DNA of 64,000 bases from assembly GCA_043228905.1 (NCBI GenBank), contig JBHGNT010000015.1, positions 992,001 through 1,056,000 of the forward strand, given 5' to 3'. Below are positions 13,055 through 23,415 of the stretch, one piece after another (the first letter of the stretch is position 1; every line of letters starts with the position of its first letter). Source of the stretch: Azolla caroliniana. Its lineage: Eukaryota > Plantae > Polypodiophyta. The position numbers and the translations under genes were made by a program. The notes beneath the pieces were generated by a model that had not been told where the DNA came from, searched no databases, and saw only the letters and a list, made by a program, of their open reading frames with translations.

Positions 13055-15157
13055 TGTCATAGACATATGTCATAGAAGAAGGTAGGGATTGAACCCAAGA
13101 CCTCATGGTCTCTATTGGGCAAACCCTACCACTTCGAAATCTTGTTCTGACTCGATGTTCAACATGGGAAAACGGATCCTCTCTCTCAGCGACCTGATTT
13201 TGCATTGTGCCCAAGTGACGACGCTTATTCTCAGCAATCACATTGTTTATTGCGGCCCGATCAACTCCACATGTTCGCAACCTATCTGTTGCATGATGAT
13301 TCCTTGCTCAACGAGATTGCCCAAGCAACCACGTCGGACCCTTTCGCTACTGACATCATGGCGCGCCTCAACAACCCATCCCAAGAACGGCAAAGCTCGG
13401 ATCTCAGTCACTTTACAACTCACGATTGGCTGCTCTATCGTAATCACCTCCTTTACGTACCAAATGGCCCATGTCGCCTCCGAGTTCTACAAACTTGCCA
13501 TGATGATCCTCTTGTTGGCCACTTTGGGGTCGCCAAAACGCTGACATTGCTTTCTCGGGGGTTTTGGTGGCCTCAACCTTGGAAATTGGTCAAAGAATTT
13601 ATCAAAACTTGTGACGTCTGTGCTCGCTCCAAAGCGGCTCACCATCGTCCATATGGCCTTCTACACCCACTTCCAATCCCCAGTCGACCTTGGGCATCTC
13701 TCTCCATGGAGTTTATCACCGACCTTCCTCGAGTCGGTGACCATGACACGGTGCTAATGGTCGTCGATCAGTTTTCGAAGATGGCTCACTTTGTCCCATG
13801 TTCGAAAACCATTTTGGGGGAGGAGACAACTGCCCTTTTTCTGAAAAATGTCATCCGCTTACACGGTTTGCCTAAGGATGTCACTTCTGATCGAGGTCCT
13901 CAATTTATCTCCCACTTTTGGCACCGACTGCTACAGACATTCGGGACTTCTGTGAACTTGTCAACCGCGCACCACCCTCAAACTGATGGCCAAACCGAAA
14001 GAGTCAACCAAATCCTCGAACAATACCTCCGTTGTTCAGTTAGCTACCAACAAGACGATTCGGTGGACCTCCTTGCCATGGCGGAATTTGCCTACAATAA
14101 CAGTATCCATGCCTCAACTAAAGTTTCCCCATTCTTTGCAAATTACGGTTTCCACCCTCATTTCAGCATTTCCATTTCGGAGATATCCATCAATCCGTCG
14201 ACCGAGAAGCGTGCCCACACCTTACAAGATGTCCACCGTGACCTATCCCTCGAGCTCTGTGCCGCTGGCAAACAGTATAAAGCTCACGCTGACCGACATC
14301 GCTTAGTCGCGCCGACCTTCGCAGTCGGTGTCATGGTTTGGTTGCTACGTCGGCATATCGCAACCACCCATCCTTGCGCCAAGCTCGACTACAAAAAGCT
14401 AGGCCCCTTCCGTATCCTCGAGCGCATTAACCCAGTCGCCTTCCGGTTAGCGCTTCCCCCCACATTTCGGCAACTCAATGTTTTCCACGTCTCTCTCCTC
14501 GAACTCTATCATCCTTCTCGCATTTCGGGCCGCCAACCTTCGCCGCCGCCGCCCGTGGAATTATCAACAGGTGAGGAGTATGAGGTTGACCGGATCCTCG
14601 ACTCTCGCTTTCGTCGACAACAACTTCAATATTTAGTCTTATGGAAAGGTTGCCCTCTTTCGGATGCCACATGGGAACTAGTTACACACTTACAAAATGC
14701 ACCGGAGGCAATTCACGCTTTTCACCAACGATACCCCCATAAACCGACCGCAAGTGTTAGGAGGCGGCCTTAGAGGGAGGATAATGTCATAGACATATGC
14801 CACAAAGGAAGGTAGGGATTGAACAAACCCTACCACTTGAGCTACATATGCATCCTTATATTTAATTCAACTTCATATAGTGTAGATTGAACATTGGAAG
14901 TTCCTCGCTTACATGCATTCTCATTCTCTAGCTTGCATGCATCCTCATGCATTCTCTATTGCATGCATCCTCATGCACTCTATTTCTACCTGGCTTATAT
15001 AGCCCTACCCTCTTGTATAAATACTCGTGTGCACCTTGATTCTAATCAAGGTGAACAACACAAGTTACAGATTCTATAAGTTGAGTTCTTGTTCTCTTTC
15101 CTCTCTCTTGTTCTCTAGTCTTATCTTCATTCTACTCTATTATACTTGTCCGCGACA
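13055..15157 (+). mobile_element. Tcn1-like chromovirus (Ty3/gypsy) deletion derivative retaining integrase and chromodomain
   Basis: Both LTRs start TGTCATAGACATATG (13055, 14785); end ..CGCGACA at 15157; 5-bp TSD ACGAC; PPT AGAGGGAGGATAA. ORF 13205-14773 has HHCC, DDE core, GPF and chromodomain EEYEVDRILDSR. Most of the 5' LTR, gag and RT are deleted. Confidence 0.9.
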
Positions 15158-15190
15158 ACGACAACGCCACATACCACATTGCGGAGCTCG

Positions 15191-15691
15191 TAACAATCGG
15201 CAATGGTTCGGTTTGAGAGCGTCCAAACCAAACTGAGAAACCGAACCATTAAACAATTTTCAAACCGTTAAACCATTAAACTGTAAAAACCGCGGTTTCG
15301 TGGTTCGGTTTCAGTTTTCAACATAGGTCAAAATTTTAATTTTTTAAAATTTATAATATTTCATTATTTAGAATTTTTAGAATTTTTAAGATGTTCCTAA
15401 AATGTGAGAATAAGGTGTAAAAATGAAAAAATTGTTTAAAAACAAATTTTTAGAATTTGTTTAAATATTTTTTGAAAAAATTAAAAATTAAAAACCGTTT
15501 AACCGTTTAAACTGCGGGGTTTGATTGTTGAAACCAAACCGAAACCAAACCGAACCGTTTAAGAAAACCTAAACTTTGAACCGAACCATTCAAAAAAACC
15601 TAAACCTGAACCTAACCTTTGAAACCGTTAAGCTGTTAAACCATGGTTTCGTGGTTCGGTTCGGTTCAAACCGAACCGTTGCCAATTGTTA
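15191..15691. mobile_element. hAT-type MITE (same family as 4060-4462)
   Basis: TIRs TAACAATCGGCAATGGTTCGG / CCGAACCGTTGCCAATTGTTA; perfect 8-bp TSD GGAGCTCG (15183-15190, 15692-15699). Confidence 0.9.
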
Positions 15692-16599
15692 GGAGCTCGA
15701 CGGGACGAGGTTAGTGGTACTGGTTGCGGGGAAGCGGATAAAAGCCTTCAAGAAGCGACAAGAAGCCGAACCAGATTTGAAGAGGCTGGAAGCAGGGATG
15801 AGGACGAGGAGTTGGATGGAGGCAGGATTGGCAACGGTTCAGAAAAGGATGAGACTATGAAGAGTAAGCCGGAATCCCCACCACTTCACTACTTAGCACA
15901 TGCTGGAGGATGTGCGATTTGGTGGGGGTGGATGTCGTGAAGGATTCCGGCCATTGGAAGAAAACAGAGCCAAACGCGTGTGAACGGGGGTGTGCATGGG
16001 TGCACACAGAAATTGTCTTTATGTACAAACATGTGTAAATAACATAGTATTAGTTGAGTGTTGAGGAATGCTAGGTAGAAGGGATTTGATAGGTACTTTA
16101 AGATCACACGGATGGAGAGGAATAAAGGGGATTGAAGGGAGAAAATCGAGGGAGATCTCTAACAGAAATTGGTTGTCTTTAGGCGCGATGTAATGGTCTC
16201 CCCTTGTGCTATAAACAAGGAGGTTTTGAACGGTTGGACAGATCCATGATTTTGGAGGTCACAATGATGCCGGTTTGAGAGCCGAGCATTTGATTTGTTG
16301 TATGTGTGTATTCGTCCGGTGCTGTGGAGTCCTCTGCTTGCGTAGGAAGCCCACGTGCTCCCGATCAAGGCCCACCATCATCAGTGTCTACGTGAGTGTG
16401 AGTGTAGAGAGCAAGAAGCTCTTCTGCCGGGTGAGACCGGTTATATTCCTTTCATGTGTTTTTCTCTGTTAATCGTTACTATTCGTTGAGTCTCTCTTTG
16501 TGTCGGGCATCCCCGAGTTGTCTCTGCTCTATTTCTAATTGTGTGTGCACATCCGAGTGTGATCCCATCGTTTGCTACCCAAAACCAGTCTGATCATGT

Positions 16600-18460
16600 A
16601 TTCGACAAGATACTTCCTAGTGCAAAATTAGACGCATCCGCCTCGATGATAAAGTGTTTTTTTAGGTCGGCATGAATTAGAATAGGAGCAGAAGTGAATG
16701 CTCTCTTTTGGTATTCAAAAGCTTTGGCCGCATTAGAACTCCATGTGAACGCCTTGTTCTTTCATGTCAACTTTGTGAGAGGCATCAAGATGTTTGAGTA
16801 ATTCTTGATAAATTTGCAGTAAAAATTCGCAAATCCTAAGAAACACTGAACATCATGCTTTGAGCGAGGTGTTTGCTAGTTTAGAACTGTCTAAACCTTG
16901 GATGGATCCATAGATATACCTTGTTGTGAAACCACATACCCTAGAAATTCCATGTAGTTATGATCAAAGCTACATTTCTCGAGTTTGGCATAGAGCCCAT
17001 ATTCCCATAAGCGTCGGAGGACTTGGCAGAGTCCGTGTATGTCATGCTCTTCTTGAGTTTTGGAGTAGATCAAGATGTCATCATGATATACTATGGTAAA
17101 TATATCCAAGAAGTTGCGGAAAATATCATTTGCCATGTGTTGAAAAACTGTGGGCGCATTCGTGAGATCGAAAGGCATAACTGTGTACTCAAAATGTCCA
17201 TATCTAGTGCGGAATGTTGTCTTCCGGTCATCGCCTGGACGTATTCAAACAAGATTATAAGCGCCTCGAAGGTCTAGCTTCGTGAAAAGTTAAAACTTTG
17301 GCTCCACTAAGACGCTCTCATAAACTTGATATCAAGGGTATAACATATCTATTTCGAACTGTGATTTTGTTTAAACCTCGATAGTCCACGACCAAGTGTA
17401 AAGACCCATCTTTCTTCTTGACAAAGACGATGGGTGCACTAGCAGGGCTTTTAGAATGTCGAATGAATCCATTTGCCAAGTGCTCATCTATATACTCTTG
17501 AAGGGCCTTGAGCTCGGAAGGTGATAGATTATTTGTTGAGCCCCATGGTGATTCTTTACTAGGTTGTAGATCGATAGGACAATCATAAGGACGATGGTCT
17601 AGGAGAGTACTAGCTTTACTCTTGTTGAGACATCTTCGAATTCTAGATACTTAGTAGGGAAGAGAGTGTCTGATCCTTGTGAACTAGAGGATGGAGTTGC
17701 CGTTATTGCAAAGTCAAACATTTCATTTTCCCGTCCAACTTCTCATAATTTTCGTGGAGAGATGGTCAAGATTTGGCGAGTGTCACAAGTTGTTGTGACA
17801 GTGAGTTGAATTCAGGTTTTTGCTGGAAATAATTGATTGCTTGCTTTCTCCAATCAATTTCAGGATTATGAAGTTCAAACCAAGGCAAACCTCGGATAAC
17901 CGGATGCTCAAGACTACTAATTATATTGAAAGAAATCACACAAGCCAAGCTACCAAGGACTACTCGAATTGGCTCAGATTCTTCAACTATATCTCGAGAT
18001 GCAATAGGTCAACCATCAATGATTGCAACAATTGCGGGACAAGGGAGGTTGCTCAATAGGATTTTTTGAGTTAAGGCAAATTCTTTGTCCATAAAACAAG
18101 AGTTGGCTCTTGAATCCAAGAGAGTAGAGGCAAGAACTCGATGACACCTAGAAGTGTTAAGCTCAACTTGTGCTGAAAAAACTTTGCTAACATGATTTGA
18201 TAAAATGGAACCAATACTTGGGGCTGATTTGATGTATTTTGGATTGTCCAACCAAATGGCTCCGATTTTGGTTGGACTTATTCATTCAATATTTCATCAA
18301 GCTGACTCAAGACTTCGAAACTATTGGACTGACCTAGACATGTGGGACTACTAGGGATAGATGATCTAACCAGTGGACTTAAGTTTCTCACTAGTTCTTA
18401 CTTGATTTACTTGTGTTTTGGCCTATGTGGGCATGTGATTGCTATATGTATATATACCAA
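16600..18460 (-). mobile_element. Degenerate Tcn1-like chromovirus pol fragment (protease, RT, RNase H start)
   Basis: LLDSRANSCFMD (protease) and [29 protein letters not shown] (RT); homologous to 27655-29227. Confidence 0.85.
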
Positions 18461-18519
18461 AACTCCAAACTCATGATAGAGATTTGAACTCATGACATCT
18501 TCAAAGAAGATTTAAAGTC

Positions 18520-19200
18520 AGTACTATATGCACCGACAATCGGTTCCTTGATGTACGCGATGGTCGCAACATGGCCTGACATTGGTCATGCCATAGAAGT
18601 CATCAACATATTTATGCACAATCCTAGCCGATCGCATTGGAACGTAGTAAAGCATGTGTTCAGATGTCTGGTGGGCACAAAAGACTATGACATCCTATTC
18701 AGACTGAATGACACTTCAAGCGTAGTCGGTTATACCGACTCAGACTCAAAGTTGTGTGTGTTTTATTTCCACAAAGTTATTTTGTGCTATCATTAATTTG
18801 TTTTATAAGGATATTTTTACAATTTCCTCAACAACTGGTATTAGAGCAATTTAGTTAGATTCAAGTGGGAGTGATGTCTGCACATGAAAGAAAAGTGAAA
18901 CTTTGAGGGTGTGGACTTTGGATTCTAGAATAATCATACGAAACGAAGATCATTTGTACTAGAAAAAAGCTTTATCCAACCTTTATTAGGAAAGAAGCCA
19001 GAGAGGGTATGAATGACAAAGATTGTCGTCAGACTCTTCTTGACATACAAGCCTCTATCATAACTATGAGTAACTCATCACCAAACCCATATATGTTGAG
19101 ATTTGATGATGTTTGTGATCTACTTCTCAATAAAGAGATCTGATGTCGTAATGACGTGCATGCGTATCCTACTAGAGCGGGACCACAGGGGGTCTTGAAC
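18520..19200 (+). mobile_element. Ty1/copia remnants (RT-RNase H piece; LTR end, tRNA-iMet PBS and gag start)
   Basis: GSLMYAMVATWPDI..HWNVVKHVFRCL..GYTDSD; ..CAACA followed by PBS TGGTATTAGAGC at 18836-18847; degraded gag N-terminus (FEGVDFGF..QPLLGKKPE). Confidence 0.75.
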
Positions 19201-19264
19201 TAGGGAGTTGAAAGATGGAGGAGAAAACAAGGGGCGAGTCGAAAGAAATGACTAGTTAAAGAGA

Positions 19265-19455
19265 CTAGTCAAACATATGTTCTAGTCGAGTGTTCTCTAG
19301 TCAAATGCTCACTCGACTAGTCAAGTGTTTGCTCTCTAGTCGAATAATCGTTGTAGTCGAATGTTCGCTCTCTAGGCGAATAATCGTTGTAGTCGAATGT
19401 TCGCTTAGTGGAGTGTTCTCTAGTCATTTGTTTCTCGAGTAGAATGTTCGTGTTA
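19265..19455. repeat. Degenerate TAGTCGAA-based tandem repeats (probably retroelement-internal)
   Basis: GAATAATCGTTGTAGTCGAATGTTCGCT and variants are repeated. Confidence 0.7.
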
Positions 19456-21529
19456 GTTGAAGAGCTAGTCAAAGGGATTAGGCGAAGGAAGCCCTTGTGG
19501 AAGAGCCTTCTAAAATGAGAAAGGCATCGGAGGTATAGGTCGAAAGCTCCCGAAACATGAATGCTCAAGCACGGAGGTTCACCGACATGAGTAGAGAAAC
19601 AACACAAACACACAATGAGTTTTCCACATGATTAACTAGTCACACTAGATTAAGATTAATCGACCTTGCATTAAGAAATAAGATGCTAGATTACAAACAT
19701 GAAGGAAACCGTTTACAAAATAGGGTTTTTTATTACAAACGGGATGGGTTTACAACGATGGCAACTTTAATTTAAATATGAGCTCAAATCAAGGTAAGGA
19801 AATGAGAGGAATGATATAGTGTATGCCCACGCAACATGACAAAGCCTCCATGCAAACCCAACGATGACTCTACCCGAACCCCAAAGAAGACCACCAAAAA
19901 ATCAAGTAATGAAGAAAGAAGAGGAAGAAGAAGAATAAGAGGATGATGGTTGACATAAAGAATTAGATGCGGAAGCTTGTACACAAGACATAACTTTTGT
20001 TCACACCGTTTTGTTCCTTTCGGCCTATTGAGAATCAAGCTCAACATAGCACGTGCGAACACACCTTTTGAGAATCCATGATTACTCAAATGTCAAGAGT
20101 CACACCACTACTCTCTACACATTAACTATGTGTCATAGAATCATATTCTATGACACATAACAAATGAGTTACATATTCCCCATGACTATGAGTCTTCACA
20201 TTCCCCAAGAGAGAGAGTGGTCGTTGTAAAGTTAATGAAGAGAGAGGGTGACTCTATATAAAGCACCCTCCTCATACTTCATACTAAGTCGGTTGTGACT
20301 CCTTGTTATGCTACATTTTGTAAATCTCATTCTACTTGTGAAATATCCACCTTCTTCTTGAGTATTCTATTTTCCTATCATTTATCTATCTTGAGTTCTC
20401 TTTTCTCTCCACTCTTCTTCTCTCACACATATACGCACATAACACACATTTATTCCGCTACACAAGAATCACCATTGATTTGTTACACGGCCACACCATT
20501 TTGTTTCAGTGTGTATCAATAGCTGAATTCTCTTCGAATTCCTTTCTGCTACAAATAGTTGTTGAATTGACCGGAAAAATATTCTTTTCTACCATTAGGC
20601 CGCAAGCACTTAATCTTTCTCTATGTTTCGCATTCAACTAAGCTTTGAAGGTTTCAAAAACATTCGAAAACTTCACTTTTCCTCTCGATGAGGTAGATCC
20701 AAGTGCCGGTTGTAGTCGTCGACGAAGGAGACGAAGTACCGACTCCCACCAAGACTAACGTTCTGTGCCGGTGTCGTGTGGTTTTTCACACACGATATGA
20801 AAACTATGTAGAAAAATAATGAAATAATTATTTTAGATTAGATTAGTAGCTTGTTATAAAAGAATGGATGTACTCAAGAGCTTTAAAACGCATTTCACTA
20901 CATACAAAATGGAAGTTATAATAACGTGGAGTTTGAGAAGATAAGGAAAATAGAACTATGATTTATCCCACATAGATAGGAAACTTAAGGCCCTGGCTAT
21001 ATAAGCACATTGAGATCCCTCATTTTTCATTTGTACTAAGAGCACTTTGACCACTTTGTCTAGATGGATGAATGTGTCAAAGTTTCCAAAAATCGATTGG
21101 CAATAAAATGGAACCGACAGGAAAGTAAATTGAAACCAGCCAGTAAGCAAACTGGAATAGGCCGGTAATCAAATCGGAACCGGCAAAATCGGCAATCGGA
21201 TGGTGTCAGAAATCGGGTGGATTCGACAACTAGCAATCGAACGAGGTTGGACGCGAGCCAGATGGATTGGATGGGCAGCGATCGAGACGGACAGATGATA
21301 GGATCATGTGGCTAATTAAAGTAAAGTAAAGAAAACTAAAGTAAAGGTCATGTGGACGGTCGCATGCAACCAAAAGAAAAAAAAATCATGCAACTAAAAG
21401 TAGAGGCCATGCAACTAAAAGTGGGCATGCAAAGTAACATTGAAGTCGATGATCAACGGAGAACTCCATATATATTTATTTATTTTCCTACACTCATCCT
21501 CTCTCTCAATATTTTTTCTTCTTCTCCGT

Positions 21530-21790
21530 AACCCTTATCTTATCGAAGCCATAAACCCTAATTTCCCTACGGAAGCCATAAGACTCAAAAACCCTAATTT
21601 TCCCTACGAAAGTCATATCTCTCGTATAATCTAATCCTAATTTTTCCTACGGAAGCCATTCAACTAAAAAACCCTAATTTCTTATCAAAGCTAAAAAACC
21701 CTAATTTTTTGAACGAAGATATCATTCATAAACCATAGTCTCTTATCGAAGCCGAAAAACCTAATTTTCCTATCGAATCCATATCTTAGT
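21530..21790. repeat. Degenerate tandem repeat of AAACCCTAATTT(T)CCCTACGGAAGCCAT-like units, probably DNA-transposon subterminal
   Basis: About 6-7 imperfect units visible; the transposon assignment is inference. Confidence 0.6.
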
Positions 21791-22849
21791 TTCTTCTAAT
21801 CTATTACTCTAGTACTCTAAAACTTTTGTAATCCCAATCTTGGGACATATTGTAATTTCTTTTCCTATGTTAATGAAAATGATTAAATTTCTTATTTCCC
21901 TTAATTGTTTAATATAAACATATGAATATGATATCCTCTGGTCGAAGGCCCTGGGGTCCTGCATCAAGTTCACATATCCTCGTCGTATTTTTGTGACACC
22001 AGTCCCCATACATCTGAATGGATTAAGTCGAGCTTGTTACGGCTCCAATTTCGTTCGGTGGGGAATGGAAGCTGGTGTTGCTTCCCGAGTTGGCATGCTT
22101 CACATATTTGGGCCTTGCGACCACTAAATGTTGGCAAACTGAAAACAACTTGTTTCGATTGCAGGTGTTGAAGCCTCCAATAATTGACGTGACCGATCCG
22201 CTTGTGCCAGAGATCGATGTCCGATTCGATCTTCTATCCTTTTGCAAACATAGCGGATCCTACGTCGTTGGTGTCGAGGATGAACATCCTCTCGTCCCGA
22301 CGCCCTTGCACGATTATCCGGCCTTCTTTGATGAAGCACCCGAGGTGTGTAAACCGCACTTGCATTCCCTGGTCAACGATTTGTCCGACCAAGACCAGGT
22401 TCTTTGTGATTGTCGGAACGTGTAGTACAAGATATACTCACAAAACAAAAGGAAAAATACATATACACACAACGTGATTTTGAACCCATGGCGAAATTCG
22501 TGAACCGAAAGAACGGGAATGTTCGTGTCAAGGAAGATTCGCTGACCGAAGGAGATGTTCGAGTTAAGTGTTCCGATCGAGAGAGTCGATCGATGAGAGG
22601 ACCAATGGAAGTTCCGGTCATATAGAGATGATGGTCAAGGCATGTGGGATCCACGTGCAAGGCAGTCTCCCACGAGCGTGCCATAATGTGTTACTGTACG
22701 AGATGTACAGAGGGCAAGGGTGGAATGTTATAATGTTGTTTATGTGTATCTTATTGGGACCAAATGGTCGAAACAAGGAGTGTGTAGGGATAGACACACG
22801 ACGATTAGAGGGTGCTTAAGCTAAACAAGAGAAAGTAGGCAACATACAA

Positions 22850-22881
<32 letters not shown>

Positions 22882-22905
22882 TGTTTTTAATTCAAAGAGG
22901 GTGGT

Positions 22906-22958
22906 GGTCTTAGGCAAACTAGTTTCGCTCAATAGTGGAGCTCTTCAGTGCAAAGACC
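22906..22958 (-). ncRNA. Minimal type I hammerhead ribozyme in the 3' UTR of the Penelope-like element
   Basis: Minus strand: GGUCUU-U-GCA CUGAAGA GCUC-cacuauu-GAGC GAAA C-UA-G UU UGC-CU-AAGACC. Full catalytic core (CUGANGA, GAAA, NUH=GUU), stem I, stem II and a palindromic ACUAGU stem III. Confidence 0.85.
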
Positions 22959-23066
22959 ATTACAACAAGAGAATGTGATTTATAAAGGGGTGGGAAGGAA
23001 GAGGGAGTGAGAGAAGGAGTGGGGAGGATTTGATTTGTGTAGTAGATGAGATAGAATAGAATGTGG

Positions 23067-23109
<43 letters not shown>

Positions 23110-23211
23110 GTGTGTAGGAAAGTGATAGGGAATGAGAGAGGGGGAATTAGTATAATGATGATGGTGAGGGGGGAGTTCTTAATGTGATGAAAAGGGGGAT
23201 TTAGGATAATA

Positions 23212-23415
23212 TTAAGTGGGGGATGTGGGTGAATTATTTGAAAACTTAGTGTTAAGTGGGGGATTTGGGTGGATTGTTTGAAACTTTAGTCTTAAGTGGG
23301 GGATTTGGGTGGATTGTTTGAAAATTTAGTCTTAAATGGGGGATTTGGGTGGATTGTTTGAAAACTTAGTTTTAAGTGGGGGATTTTGGTGGATTTTTGG
23401 AAAACTTAGTCTTAA
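23212..23415. repeat. 40-bp tandem repeat x5 at the PLE ORF stop
   Basis: TTAAGTGGGGGATTTGGGTGGATTGTTTGAAAACTTAGTN starts at 23212, 23252, 23292, 23332 and 23372. Confidence 0.95.

Larger units (their letters stand above)
12840..16585 (+). mobile_element. Old 3' fragment (integrase end, PPT, 3' LTR) of a relative of the Ylt1-like Ty3 family at 34302/45733, interrupted by two later insertions
   Basis: FDWTHRLR..WVLVYDSNPNNQ..RWFG..TSAND (to 13054), NATYHIAEL (15163-15190) and DGTR..VAGKRIKAFKKR (15700+) match the pol C-terminus of the young copies; PPT-like GGTGGGGGTGGA then TGTCGTGAAG at 15933. LTR end is approximate. Confidence 0.8.

Noticed and set aside
20091-20500. Possible solo LTR (TGTCAAG.., TATATAAA, CT-rich tract)
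   Set aside because: No matching TSD or second copy found in the window.
21530-21790. Interstitial telomere (AAACCCT motifs; also at 4793-5050)
   Set aside because: Isolated heptamers inside longer repeat units, not a tandem TTTAGGG array.
23212-23415. CRISPR-like regular repeat
   Set aside because: Units are contiguous with no unique spacers, the context is eukaryotic and there are no cas genes.
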